From: an uncultured virus (IMG/VR IMGVR_UViG_3300029955_000846)
Taxonomy: Duplodnaviria > Heunggongvirae > Uroviricota > Caudoviricetes
Virus record (IMG/VR): IMGVR_UViG_3300029955_000846
Direction: 5' to 3' (one strand)
Length of the DNA: 64,000 bases
Shown here: positions 35,966 to 46,141 of the stretch, piece by piece
Numbering within the stretch: position 1 is the first letter of the stretch
Layout of the letters: each line of letters begins with the position of its first letter
Program-made: the position numbers and the translations under genes
Notes under the pieces: generated by a model
Databases searched by the model: none
What the model was told of the DNA's origin: nothing
The model's input: the letters and a program-made list of their open reading frames with translations, nothing else

Positions 35966-36110
35966 TGGCAGTCTCCTGCTGGGCGAGTTCGGTTTGGTTC
36001 GTCGCATTACTCGCGGCGAGATCGACCGGGGTAGGGTCCTTCTTACCGAAGAGGCTGGCGAGCAATTTGCCCGCCAGCCCCGCGACGAAGGAGATGATGG
36101 AGCCCCACAC
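35817..36110 (-). CDS. i-spanin (Rz-like)
   Basis: N-terminal TM plus helical region; overlaps the lipoprotein gene. Confidence 0.65.
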   Translation of the reverse strand: MWGSIISFVAGLAGKLLASLFGKKDPTPVDLAASNATNQTELAQQETANAIETEAARTRTAADAVVLRESSEPSTKPNPVGTARTALDDDAEGHWRD

Positions 36111-36114
36111 GGGC

Positions 36115-36525
36115 TCAGGCCGTCTTTTTGCCGGTCAGCAGATCGACGAGTTCCGCGCCGATCTTGCCAAAGCCGGTATCGGCGACATCGGTGTAGACCG
36201 TCTGGACCAGGCTCGAGGCAATGCCTACGACATCGGATTCCAGCGCCGCGATGCCGCCGCCGGTGATATACTTCAGCACCAGCGGGACGGTGTTCGCCAG
36301 CACGGCGGCGAACTTTTCCGCGCCGGTCTGCCCGGTCGACTCGACCGCCGAGACGTCATTGGCCACTGCGGTCCCGATATCGGTCTGCTTGAGCAGCGCG
36401 ACGGCCTGCGCGGCGGTCGACGAGCCAAACGCCTTGAGCGCCGTGGCAGTGGTGGCACTGACGATCGGCGCCTCGGCCGAAGCGGTCTTGGTGAAAAAGC
36501 TCTCGATTTCAGTGATGAGCGACAT
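36115..36525 (-). CDS. Hypothetical lysis-region protein (holin-like?)
   Basis: GGAG RBS; 'TGAEKF..V' motif; position. Confidence 0.55.
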   Translation of the reverse strand: MSLITEIESFFTKTASAEAPIVSATTATALKAFGSSTAAQAVALLKQTDIGTAVANDVSAVESTGQTGAEKFAAVLANTVPLVLKYITGGGIAALESDVVGIASSLVQTVYTDVADTGFGKIGAELVDLLTGKKTA

Positions 36526-36580
36526 GGGTATTCTCCAAAAGCCCCGCTTCTGCGCGCTGGCGGGGTGGCAGCGGTCTCGA

Positions 36581-36814
36581 TCAGGCGGCCGGCGGCGCGC
36601 CGGAATTGTCATTGCGCACGGTCGCGATCAGCCCGCAGACGCAGGACGCGACGATCGCGAATTTGGAATATTGGGTTTGGTTGAAGCCGAGCACCCCGGC
36701 GACAGCAGCATATGCCGCCCACGACGAGGGTTGGTTCATCCTCTCAAGCGCGGGGATGATCCGCTGGCCTGCCGCTTTGAGATCGGCGATGAGCGCCTGC
36801 TTCACGTTGGTCAC
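36581..36814 (-). CDS. Putative holin
   Basis: Small, two hydrophobic segments, coupled to endolysin. Confidence 0.55.
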   Translation of the reverse strand: MTNVKQALIADLKAAGQRIIPALERMNQPSSWAAYAAVAGVLGFNQTQYSKFAIVASCVCGLIATVRNDNSGAPPAA

Positions 36815-37347
36815 TTGATCATCCCCTTCGCGGCTGCCGTGATCATGGCCGTGCGGCGCTCCCAGTCGCCGCCGAAGCGGGGGAAGCCTGGCCGGGTGTG
36901 GTAGAAAGCCGCCCGGGCGGCCTGATACTTGTCGATCAGGCTGTTCAGGCCGAATGCGGCGGCGTATTGCTGGATATCCTTGAGCGTCGTGTTGCCGATC
37001 CGCCCGTCGGCCATCGCGCCGACGATGTGCTGCAGCGCGACGGCGGCCTCATGCGGCCCAGCGTTGACGCCGAAATCGAACACGCAGAGGGCCAGCGCCG
37101 CCGGCATCTTGTCGCATGCCAGCGCCGACCAGAAGTCAGTCCGGTAGAGAGGCGCCACCATGGCCGGTGTCAGATTCTTGATGTCCTGCACCGTGACGGG
37201 GTGCCCGACGTAGTGCGACCATTCGCCTATGGTCACCCCATGGTTGGTTGCGCCGCCGGGATCCTGCGGATCGTTCGCGAAGCCGCCTTCGTCGGCCGGC
37301 GACAGCAGGATTGCGAGGCACGCGGGAAAAGCGTCGGTGTTCAGCAT
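36811..37347 (-). CDS. Endolysin, GH108 with PG_binding_3
   Basis: 'EGGFANDPQDPGGATNHGVT', 'FDFGVNAG', 'DGRIG..T'. Confidence 0.93.
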   Translation of the reverse strand: MLNTDAFPACLAILLSPADEGGFANDPQDPGGATNHGVTIGEWSHYVGHPVTVQDIKNLTPAMVAPLYRTDFWSALACDKMPAALALCVFDFGVNAGPHEAAVALQHIVGAMADGRIGNTTLKDIQQYAAAFGLNSLIDKYQAARAAFYHTRPGFPRFGGDWERRTAMITAAAKGMIK

Positions 37348-37364
37348 ATCGCGGTCTCAAACGC

Positions 37365-37401
37365 AAAAATAGCGGAGTCACTAAAAACGTGACTCCGCTA
37401 T
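37365..37401 (-). terminator. Terminator hairpin whose core is the operator AGTCAC-TAAAAAC-GTGACT (37376-37394)
   Basis: 13-bp inverted repeat with T-run on minus strand, upstream of endolysin. Confidence 0.7.
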
Positions 37402-37433
37402 CAGTTTGGGGATGGCGCCGCAAGTGAAACGTG

Positions 37434-37757
37434 TCAGCCGCCGAGTGCTTTGATCTTTGCGAAGATCGCCTGTGCGTCGTTGTTGGCAAAGATGCAGATC
37501 CGTTCGACCCGCGCGGCCATCTCGGCGTCAAGGTTGGGTTTGGCAGCCTGAAGGGCATCGACCATCGTCTGCCAGGATGCTGATGTGCCGAGTGCGGCGC
37601 CCACTTGCGTCAGGGCCGCCAGAAGGGCTTGCTGGGTCGCGAGGGTTTGCGCGGCGGTGATCGCCGCTTGGCGGGCTTGCAGGCTCTCAAGGGTCTGCTG
37701 CTCGGCCGCAGACAGTGGTGTTGGGGTCGACGCAGGGGTAGTGGTGGTATCGGCCAT
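37434..37757 (-). CDS. Hypothetical protein
   Basis: AGGAG RBS; helical. Confidence 0.65.
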   Translation of the reverse strand: MADTTTTPASTPTPLSAAEQQTLESLQARQAAITAAQTLATQQALLAALTQVGAALGTSASWQTMVDALQAAKPNLDAEMAARVERICIFANNDAQAIFAKIKALGG

Positions 37758-37770
37758 TTGCTCTTCTCCT

Positions 37771-38316
37771 TCAGGTTGGCCAGGGCGCGCTGTCGATCTG
37801 CGCCATGGTTGTGATCGTGCCGCCGGCGATGCTGGTCAGGATGCCAGCGAGCGTCTGCCACACCGATTGCGAATAAATGCCCACCGCAGTTGCGATCGGT
37901 GTGATCGCAACTGCCGGCAGCGGCGTGACCGTTCCATCGTTCGCCACCCAGTTGGTCGTGGCGTTGGGATTGAGCGACGCCCACTGCTGGAGCGCCAGCC
38001 AATCGGCAAGTGAGGCGGCGCTGGCATCAGAGGCAAGACTTGTCGTGCCCCCGGTATAGGAACGGGCCACCGACTGAATCGCAGAGGCCTTGCCACTGGC
38101 ATAGGCGGACAACTCGGCGATTGTCGGAGCCGGCGGAGCGTTGTGGACATAACCGGAGGGGGTCCATTGCCACAACCCATCAGCCGTCACATCGGCCGGC
38201 GGCGCAGCATCGACCGTCTCACCGGTTTGCGCTTGCAACTGAACGTGGGCGGCATCGGAGCAAATACCAGCGCGAAGCACGAGTCCCGAGATGCTGTCAT
38301 AGACAAGATAGTTCAT
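37771..38316 (-). CDS. Tail-fibre assembly-like (DUF4376-like) protein
   Basis: Follows tail fibre; ends 'ID...WP'. Confidence 0.6.
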   Translation of the reverse strand: MNYLVYDSISGLVLRAGICSDAAHVQLQAQTGETVDAAPPADVTADGLWQWTPSGYVHNAPPAPTIAELSAYASGKASAIQSVARSYTGGTTSLASDASAASLADWLALQQWASLNPNATTNWVANDGTVTPLPAVAITPIATAVGIYSQSVWQTLAGILTSIAGGTITTMAQIDSAPWPT

Positions 38317-41300
38317 TTTTTTAACTCGATGGTTGTGATTGACATATTGGCACACCGAGCCTGTGTGGTGAGCAAATTGGCAACCTCAAGGGTCAGCGTG
38401 CGGTTGCCCGCCGCCGGGCTGATGGTCATTTCTGCAAACATAGAAGTCGTGGTAGAGGTCGTTGCCCCAACATAGATTGCAGTTCCGTCAAGTTTTAGAG
38501 TTACGTTAGCCTGTCCAGACGTATTAAATTGCGTGCCAAACAAAACAATAATTGGAGAACCGGAAGCGCTTATAGTTAAAGTTTGTATGGTGGATGTGGC
38601 GTTGCCTGCGATGTTAGTCTGTGCTGATGTAAATGAATTGTTAACATTGCTTATTGCGTTATTAGCCACGTTGATCGTGTTGACCGTGATCGACTGCAAG
38701 AACAGCGTGCCGCTGGTGGCGTCGTAATAGAACGGCGTGATCGTCGGGTTAGCCGACGATCGAATGATGAACGAGGCAGCGTCGAAGACCACCGAACTGG
38801 TTATGGTGTTGCCGCTCGACGCATAGAGCACCATGCCGGCAATCGCGCCGTTGGCATTCACGGTCACGCCCCAGGTGCCATAGAGCGCGCCGTTCAGCGA
38901 TGCCGTGGTCGACTGCAGCGTGGTGATGTTGGCTGAATTGCCGCCCACCGTCGAGGTCAGCGTCGAAAGCTGCGAGGCGGTGGTGTTGATCGAAGTCGTC
39001 AGCGACGAATAGTTGTTGCTGACCGTCGATGACAAGCTGCCCAGGTTGGTGGACAACGTCGAGATCTGGGCCGCCAGCGCGCTATTCTCGCTGGCCTGGG
39101 CAACGCTCTGCGCGGTGATCGTGGCGTTGATGGCGCTGGCGGTCGCATCGTCGGTATAGGCCGTGCAGATGGTCCCAGATTCGACCTTGAGCCGGCGCCA
39201 TGCTGCATTCGTGTTGGTCCAAGCCCCGTTGCCCCAGATATCCATAACGCCGCGCGCATAGGCCACGCCGCCCGGCGGCGTTTGGTTGGGGATCTGCACC
39301 TCGGCCCAGTCTTGCCCCGCTGCCACTGCCGCCACTGCGGAATAGCCAAGGTGGCCATGGCTGGAATCGAGCCATTCGATGTAGAATCGAACCTGTGCCG
39401 CTGTGCCACTGTTGAGGGTCAAACCCCCGGCGAATAGTTCGGCCTGGATGCTGAGCGGTCCGGTGCCGCTATAAGCGACATCCTGATACCAAAGGACGCC
39501 GGAAGCGCTTGATCCGGTGGGTGTTTGAAAATAATCGCCCTCGCCATAGTTCCCGACTTGGGCACTGATCGCGGTCGGTCCCCCAGATGTCCAACCCTGC
39601 ATGCCAAGCGCGCCGGTCGGGTTTTGCAGCAGGTTGGGGTTGGCATTGGTCGTGGCCTGCAGCGTCGCCAGCGATGCTGCGGTAGCGGCATTTGCATTCG
39701 CCAGAGCGGTATAGTTGCTGCCCACCAGCGCGGACAGGCTGCCATAGTTGGCGTTCAGCGTGCTGATCTGCGAGGACAGGGAAGAGTCCGCAGCCGCGCG
39801 CACGGTCGTCTCGTTGGAGAGAGCCGCCGCCGACGCCGAAGCGTTCGTGTTGACCGTCGCGGCGAGCGCCGTAACCTGCGACGCGAGGGCGGAGGTTGCG
39901 TTTGCCTGGGCTATCGATCGATTCTCGACGGTGGCATTGATCGCGCCGGCGGTCGCGTCGTCGGTATACGCGGTAGCGGGCTGCCCTTCTTCAATCTTGA
40001 GCTGCCAGACATCCATCCCGGCGCTGTTCGCGGCGAAAGTCGTGCCTGTGACGGCACCGAAACGAACCACATAGTAATTGGCATTGGCGGGCGCTGCCCC
40101 CGTGGCCGCCTGTCGGTTCGTCGTTTGGGTATTCAGCGCCAGCGGTAGGTTGAACTCGCCCAGGTAATTGCCAGAGGCATCAAACCATTCCACGCCGACG
40201 ATCGCACCACGGGTGTCCCCTGTCGTCGCCGGGATTAGACCGTGCGTCTCGTACATCCCCGAAAGCGTCAACACCTGCCCAGCGTAGGTAGCATATTGGA
40301 TGCTCGACAGGACATCCCCGGCAGCGAGGTTGGCACCGTGAAAATCACGACCGAATACCCCTCCGAGGTCTCGGTTTGTGTACCCCACCCAGCCAGATCC
40401 AGCGGGGGCGACCCACGATGCCAGGCCCAGCGCACCGGTCGGGTTTTGCAACAGATTTGGACGAGGGGTGGCGTAAGCCTGCAGGGTGGAGACCTGCGAG
40501 ACCAAGACCGAATTGTTATTCGCGGCGGTAGTCGCGTTGTTGCTGACGGTGCCGGTCAGATCGCCGAGATTGACCTGCACGGCGCTGATCTGAGCCGCGA
40601 GCGCGCTGTTCTCGGTTGCTTGGGTGGTCTGATTGTTCTCGACCGTCGCATTGATCGCGGCGACCGTAGTATCGTCGGTGTACGCGGTAGCCACAGAGCC
40701 ATGTTCGACCTTGATCTGCCAAACATTGAACAAAGCCGCCGACGCAAACGATGTGCCCGGCGGAGTGAACAGGATCACCCGGCCCGACACGGCATTGGCC
40801 GGCAATGTCCCAGTGCCCGAAGCTCGGCCATTGGTAGCCGTGTTAGGGCTATAGGCGATGTCGATCTCGCCGAGATAGTTCACACCGGAGTCGTAAAATT
40901 CGAGTGCAACGACGGCGCCCCGACGATCGCCCGACGTGGGCGGAGTGATGCCGGCGCTCTCGATATGGGCGGAGATCGTAAACGGCCCCGGCTCCATCGG
41001 GATGGGGTCGCTCGTCCACGCATCGTAGCCCCCGTTGGTTGGTGTCCCCGAGTAGTTTTTGCCGAAGATATACCCCACCGAGGGGCTGTGGTAAGACACC
41101 CACCCCGACGGTCCGCTCCATCCCTGTGTCCCCAGCACCCCTGTCGGGTTGGGCAGCAGGTTTTGGTTGGGTGTTGCATAGGCGGACAGCGCCGAAACCT
41201 GCGTTGCCGTTGCGCTGTTGGCATTGGTCAAGGTCGCCACGTCATTGGTGACCTGGGATGACAGGGTGTCATAGCTGGCCTGGACGGCTGTGATCTGACC

Positions 41301-44300
41301 GGCCACACCCTCAATTGCATCTGCGCGGGCCACCGCTTCGCTGGAAACCGCAGCCGCCGCCGTGTTGGCATTTTGGGTGACGGTCTGGCTCAGATTGACG
41401 ATCTGCTGCGTCAGCGACCCTTCGGCGGCCTCGGCGCGTGCGACCTCCGCAGTGGCAGCGCTTGAGGCTGATTCCGCCTGCGAGGTTGCCGCCGTGGCAG
41501 CGGACTGGGCCGCCTGAGCCTCCGAGACGGCTTGCGCGGCTGCGGTTTGCGCGGTTTGCGCGGCTTGAGCATCGGAGACGGCTTGGGCGGCCATGGCCTG
41601 GGCGGTTGCGACTCCGGTGGTCACAGCGCTTTCCGCCGCATTGGCGATCGACGTCGCATTGGCCAAAGCTACTGCCAATTGGTCGGCGGTCGTATTGCCG
41701 ATCGCCCCGGCGCTTCCAGCAGTCGTTGCCGTCGCAGCGTTCGCCGCGCCCGTGGTCGCGGGAGATCCGGCCACGGTCAGCCACTCGCTCATGATGTAGC
41801 CGTCGGACCCATAGGTGGCCTGATACGCGATCTGGACATCGTACTGTGTGCTGGCCGCGACGCCGGTGATGTTCGCGGTGATCGTAGCATTCGACAGCGT
41901 GATCAGGGGGTGATCTGTCCAGTTCGATGCCCCGGTCACCCGATATCGCACGACCAGGAAGGCATCGCTTGCGGCATCCGGAGTACCGCTGATGACGAGG
42001 GCCGGGATAGAATTTCCCGACGTATCGGTGACCGCGCCGCCGGCAACCGACCACTTCGCCGAGGTGGGCGCCGCGATGGGGGAGGGTGGGGGTGTCGCGG
42101 CGGGCGGGGCGGGCGGTAACGCAGCGTTCCCGTCGGCCGGCAGCCCGGTAATGGTGACGTTGCAACCAAAGAGTGATTCAAGGTCGCCGTTAAGGCGCGA
42201 CGACACGACGATTTTGACCGCCGAGTACCTCGCGAAGTAGGTGACCGGCAAAACCAACTCGTTTTCAGTCCAGAGCGCGCCCTGTTGGTAGACCTGATTT
42301 CCGTTCTGGTCGAACACGGTGACGACCGTCTCTTGGTAATATTCCGGCGCGACCGGGCCCGAGGTCCAGGGCAGTGCTTGCCCATCCTCGAATGTCCGAT
42401 TGCGGGTGGACCAGGTGATGGTCAGGTTCGTGGCGGTGCCGATCGGCTCAGATCCAAAGCCCACCCCGTTCACTTGGACGTTTGCCGGCCGCAGGGGCAA
42501 CCACGGGCGCGCGGTCATGGTGATCTCGTGCGGGGTAGCTGCTGCCAGCGCCAGCACGCCCTGTGAGGTGCGCGGCAGCAGCTTGTAGGTGACCTGCTCA
42601 CCTACCGACCAGATATTGACGCCGTCCGTGTTGTTCAGTCCGGCATTCAGCACCCAGATATTGGTGCCTGCCGGCCACGCCTGCGGAACGGTGTCGAGCA
42701 TCCCGCGATTGATCGTATAATTGGTGCCATCGGTGGATACCACCTGGCACATTTCCTGCGCACCATCACCGGTGCCGATCAGCAGAAAGCCCCCGGCGAT
42801 CGGCGCCCGCGCGGTATCGGGGAACACCGTCACCGGAATCAGCGTGGTGGCCTCGGCGTTCAGTGCCGGCGAGGGCATGCATTCCACCAGCGTCTTTGTG
42901 CCGAAGTTGGCCCAGGTGGTCGCCCCCGTCGAAAGCGTCGTCTCGCCGTAAAGGTCGAACGACACATAATCCCTGTTGGCCGCGTAACCGACGGCGGCGG
43001 CGAGCACCTCGGGATAAGCAAGGCTCTGGATCGACGTTTGCAGATTTGTGTTTGTCTGGAAAAAGTAGGGCAGTGTGAACAGGTCAACCAGCGGAAGGTC
43101 GGTCGGCGCGGTGCTCGGATTCGTCCATTGGCTCGATGTTGGCGCCGACAGCGATGCCGGGGTGAGGGAGAAGATATCGCGGGTCAGCGAAATTTTGATC
43201 GCCGGCGAGTCCAGGCTTCCATAGTCCACCCGGCCGATCCGGAAGACGCCCCCCACGATCCCGTTCTCGGGATAGTTGATCACGATGCAGCTACCCGGCA
43301 CCGACGCCCAGGCCGAACGATCAACCTCGATCTCACAAGAGTCGAGCGGGGCAGAAACCATGCGACATTCGCGCGCAGCTAATTTTGCTGCGAGGGGGGC
43401 ATTGCGAACCATGGAAAAATTGCGCTTGTCGCTAACAATCTGTCCTTGCTGCATCGCGATGTTCGACGGGTTCTGGCAGGAAACGCTTTCCTGTTGCTCG
43501 GTGACTGGGTTTGTCCAAGAAACGACGATCTCATTGATCGTCTCTGGCCACTGCTTTTTTTGATAGTTGGTCATTTTGATCTGATCCGGTCCATAAACTG
43601 GAAGATCAGAGATGGCATAATCACCGCGAATTAACTTCAAGGACAGCAGACCAGTCTTAGGGTCCAGATAAGTCACACCTTGAATGTGATTGAGAATATC
43701 ATTTACGAAATCCTCAATGCTTGATTCGACTTTCCAAACCTTCGATAGCCCAAGCGACTCTCCAAACAAGATCGACGCTGCATAGTTGAAGGCCGCCGTG
43801 TCCAAGGCCGCCGCCGGGTAGCCCATACCCCAGTCGGTGTTGGTGAAAACGTCATAGATCATGAACGCGGGGTTGGCGTCATCGCCAGGATAACTCGTGA
43901 AGGTGTAGACTTCCGGCCCGAGTGAGAAGGTCATCCCGGTTTCCGGTACTTGCTCGATCGTGAGCGTGGCGACGCCCGCCGACGGGCCATCCTGAAGTCC
44001 GGAGTTGGCGTCGTTGCCTGGCGACCCGAAGGCGGTGATGTCGAAGAAGTAGCTGAAGCCGGCGGTGCTGTTGCCCGTGCTGGCGCGATAGGGATACTGG
44101 GGATCCGCAACCGGCTGAACGGCGTTCACCCAGGCATTGCTGGTGTTGTTCTCGGTGACCGTGATGACGTTCCCCGAGGCCGCGGCTTTGAAAAACTGTG
44201 AGCTTGCATTGATCGCGTTGGCGGCATGCGAGGCGGCATCGGTGGTTGATGCGCCGATGCCCGCAGCATTACCGACGATGTTGGCACCGACCATCGCGCG

Positions 44301-44858
44301 GGCGATCGACGCCAAGATCGACGATGTGGCTGGGGATCCTGCGCCGGAACTGGCTGTGTTGGTCGACGTCGTATCTGCGATGTAGCCGCTATCGAGGGCC
44401 GCCGGGATCCGCGCGAGTGTTTGATCCAAAGCCGGTGCTGGCGGGAAGCGGTAGCCGCGGAAATCGACGTTCTGCGCGATGACCGGGTTGTTGGACGTCC
44501 ACAGGAAGCCTTCGCCAGCCGTCGAGCCATAGAACAGCGCCGTTGCGACACCGCGATAGGCAGGCATGCTGGCGGGGGTGCCCCCCAACAACGTCGCGAA
44601 GTCCGCCGAAATAAGCTGGTCTGGCGCGCCAGGATACCAATCGATATTGCCAACCAGACCCCCGCCAATCGTGTTGCCGCCGTACAGCGTGGGTAGATTG
44701 ATGTTTATGGTGGTTTTGGTGGTTGCTAGACCTTCCCATGCGGTTTTATTGTTTACATAAACGCCGGTCAGGGCATCCATTGCAATCGCAATGCCAAAAT
44801 GAACCGACATGTAATAGTCGGTAACCTGTTGGCCACCACTTTTACCCATCGCGCCCAT
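38313..44858 (-). CDS. Central tail fibre / host-specificity protein (gpJ-like)
   Basis: 'PAYRG', 'DANPA', FN3-like part, coiled coils, three NLL.NPTG repeats, 'GAIAGM.L'. Confidence 0.85.
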   Translation of the reverse strand: MGAMGKSGGQQVTDYYMSVHFGIAIAMDALTGVYVNNKTAWEGLATTKTTININLPTLYGGNTIGGGLVGNIDWYPGAPDQLISADFATLLGGTPASMPAYRGVATALFYGSTAGEGFLWTSNNPVIAQNVDFRGYRFPPAPALDQTLARIPAALDSGYIADTTSTNTASSGAGSPATSSILASIARAMVGANIVGNAAGIGASTTDAASHAANAINASSQFFKAAASGNVITVTENNTSNAWVNAVQPVADPQYPYRASTGNSTAGFSYFFDITAFGSPGNDANSGLQDGPSAGVATLTIEQVPETGMTFSLGPEVYTFTSYPGDDANPAFMIYDVFTNTDWGMGYPAAALDTAAFNYAASILFGESLGLSKVWKVESSIEDFVNDILNHIQGVTYLDPKTGLLSLKLIRGDYAISDLPVYGPDQIKMTNYQKKQWPETINEIVVSWTNPVTEQQESVSCQNPSNIAMQQGQIVSDKRNFSMVRNAPLAAKLAARECRMVSAPLDSCEIEVDRSAWASVPGSCIVINYPENGIVGGVFRIGRVDYGSLDSPAIKISLTRDIFSLTPASLSAPTSSQWTNPSTAPTDLPLVDLFTLPYFFQTNTNLQTSIQSLAYPEVLAAAVGYAANRDYVSFDLYGETTLSTGATTWANFGTKTLVECMPSPALNAEATTLIPVTVFPDTARAPIAGGFLLIGTGDGAQEMCQVVSTDGTNYTINRGMLDTVPQAWPAGTNIWVLNAGLNNTDGVNIWSVGEQVTYKLLPRTSQGVLALAAATPHEITMTARPWLPLRPANVQVNGVGFGSEPIGTATNLTITWSTRNRTFEDGQALPWTSGPVAPEYYQETVVTVFDQNGNQVYQQGALWTENELVLPVTYFARYSAVKIVVSSRLNGDLESLFGCNVTITGLPADGNAALPPAPPAATPPPSPIAAPTSAKWSVAGGAVTDTSGNSIPALVISGTPDAASDAFLVVRYRVTGASNWTDHPLITLSNATITANITGVAASTQYDVQIAYQATYGSDGYIMSEWLTVAGSPATTGAANAATATTAGSAGAIGNTTADQLAVALANATSIANAAESAVTTGVATAQAMAAQAVSDAQAAQTAQTAAAQAVSEAQAAQSAATAATSQAESASSAATAEVARAEAAEGSLTQQIVNLSQTVTQNANTAAAAVSSEAVARADAIEGVAGQITAVQASYDTLSSQVTNDVATLTNANSATATQVSALSAYATPNQNLLPNPTGVLGTQGWSGPSGWVSYHSPSVGYIFGKNYSGTPTNGGYDAWTSDPIPMEPGPFTISAHIESAGITPPTSGDRRGAVVALEFYDSGVNYLGEIDIAYSPNTATNGRASGTGTLPANAVSGRVILFTPPGTSFASAALFNVWQIKVEHGSVATAYTDDTTVAAINATVENNQTTQATENSALAAQISAVQVNLGDLTGTVSNNATTAANNNSVLVSQVSTLQAYATPRPNLLQNPTGALGLASWVAPAGSGWVGYTNRDLGGVFGRDFHGANLAAGDVLSSIQYATYAGQVLTLSGMYETHGLIPATTGDTRGAIVGVEWFDASGNYLGEFNLPLALNTQTTNRQAATGAAPANANYYVVRFGAVTGTTFAANSAGMDVWQLKIEEGQPATAYTDDATAGAINATVENRSIAQANATSALASQVTALAATVNTNASASAAALSNETTVRAAADSSLSSQISTLNANYGSLSALVGSNYTALANANAATAASLATLQATTNANPNLLQNPTGALGMQGWTSGGPTAISAQVGNYGEGDYFQTPTGSSASGVLWYQDVAYSGTGPLSIQAELFAGGLTLNSGTAAQVRFYIEWLDSSHGHLGYSAVAAVAAGQDWAEVQIPNQTPPGGVAYARGVMDIWGNGAWTNTNAAWRRLKVESGTICTAYTDDATASAINATITAQSVAQASENSALAAQISTLSTNLGSLSSTVSNNYSSLTTSINTTASQLSTLTSTVGGNSANITTLQSTTASLNGALYGTWGVTVNANGAIAGMVLYASSGNTITSSVVFDAASFIIRSSANPTITPFYYDATSGTLFLQSITVNTINVANNAISNVNNSFTSAQTNIAGNATSTIQTLTISASGSPIIVLFGTQFNTSGQANVTLKLDGTAIYVGATTSTTTSMFAEMTISPAAGNRTLTLEVANLLTTQARCANMSITTIELKK

Positions 44859-45059
44859 TTACTTGTCCTTAGCTCGATTGACGATGTTTATTCCAAGCTG
44901 ATCGCCTGTCGCCAATAGTTTGCTGGCCGGTAGGCCGTTCTTTACAAAGTCCTTGAAATCAAGGTTGTGGTGCCGCGCCCATTTCCGCATCCCGTTGACG
45001 CAATAGCCGGCTTTGCGGGCATCGTTGATGGTGATGATCGGGTCGGTCTCACTTTCCAC
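44859..45059 (-). CDS. Small tail assembly protein
   Basis: 'YCVNGMRKW...LDFKDFVKNG...LLATGD'; Chi-like synteny. Confidence 0.7.
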   Translation of the reverse strand: MESETDPIITINDARKAGYCVNGMRKWARHHNLDFKDFVKNGLPASKLLATGDQLGINIVNRAKDK

Positions 45060-45288
45060 CGCTACCTCCACTCGTGGTGTAGGTGTTGGTCGATGCCTGC
45101 CCATACCAGAGCACGTTGGGGTCCATGATCCGCGCCGATCCGAACAGCACATAGACCGGCTTGTTCGCCGATGCGGTGGGGGCTTGCAGGTCTTGAACAC
45201 CTTGCGGCGTTTCGTTGTGGGGGGCGATTAGATAAGCGATGACGTCCAGCGCCACCGAAATCAGAACGCCGATCAACCAAACGGGCAT
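45049..45288 (-). CDS. Small tail assembly protein
   Basis: 'PTA...PV.VLFG....PNVLWYG'. Confidence 0.75.
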   Translation of the reverse strand: MPVWLIGVLISVALDVIAYLIAPHNETPQGVQDLQAPTASANKPVYVLFGSARIMDPNVLWYGQASTNTYTTSGGSGGK

Positions 45289-45297
45289 AGCCGAACC

Positions 45298-46140
45298 TCA
45301 ACCAAAGTTGTTCACAATGCCGATCGGATTGACCAGCGGAATCCATTGGCAGCCGCCAAAATTATTGATATTTTTGAACACGTTCTGGCACGTATCCGTC
45401 GAGTGATCGCAACCGAGGGACAGGTGCAGCGTCATGCCTGCGCTCAACGTCGGGCAATCGCTATCGAGGCAGATTTGATTGGCATTGTCGATCGTCAGGA
45501 TCATCCGGTATTCCGTCCGGCCCGCGGCGTTGGTCCAACTGACGATGCCGTTGACGAAGTTTCCTTGGGCAAATGCGCCATTCCATCCACCCGGCAGCGC
45601 GATGTATGGACCAGATACGGACGTAACTGCCGCACTGACGGTGAATGCCGCCTGCGATGCGTTGCACAAGCCGTCGCCCTGGCTATAGACGGCGTGCGGG
45701 CAAGGGCGCTGCCAGTGGCGTCGCAATCCAGATCGCATCATCGACGTCGAGATCGGTTCACAGGTCAACGTGATCTCATCATCGTTGATCGCCGCCGACC
45801 GAACGCGCCTGGGCCAGATCAAATTGGCGTTCGAATCACCATAATGACCCATGAACACGCTAATAGTGATTGCGTTAGACGGCGGATAACCGGTGAACAG
45901 TTCGAGGATGGAGAGAGATTTTGACAGCTTAATATCGATCGCGGCCTTATCAAGTGAGCCGGATGCGGTGAAAGCGTCATCGCTCAATGGTGCGGGGACA
46001 TAAGTTATACCATTATAAACGATCGGATCTTCCGAAGTCGTATAGGCATAGGTATCGCTTACATTCGAGCCATAGGTAAAAAGCATCAGAAGATACGGAA
46101 TGGCTTCTTGCCGTGAGGATTCGATGTCTCCGAAAGTCAC
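45298..46140 (-). CDS. DUF2163/BR0599 tail hub protein
   Basis: 'WQRPCPHAVY...C', 'GCDH...C...F.N..NFGG..WIP'. Confidence 0.85.
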   Translation of the reverse strand: MTFGDIESSRQEAIPYLLMLFTYGSNVSDTYAYTTSEDPIVYNGITYVPAPLSDDAFTASGSLDKAAIDIKLSKSLSILELFTGYPPSNAITISVFMGHYGDSNANLIWPRRVRSAAINDDEITLTCEPISTSMMRSGLRRHWQRPCPHAVYSQGDGLCNASQAAFTVSAAVTSVSGPYIALPGGWNGAFAQGNFVNGIVSWTNAAGRTEYRMILTIDNANQICLDSDCPTLSAGMTLHLSLGCDHSTDTCQNVFKNINNFGGCQWIPLVNPIGIVNNFG

Positions 46141-46141
46141 G

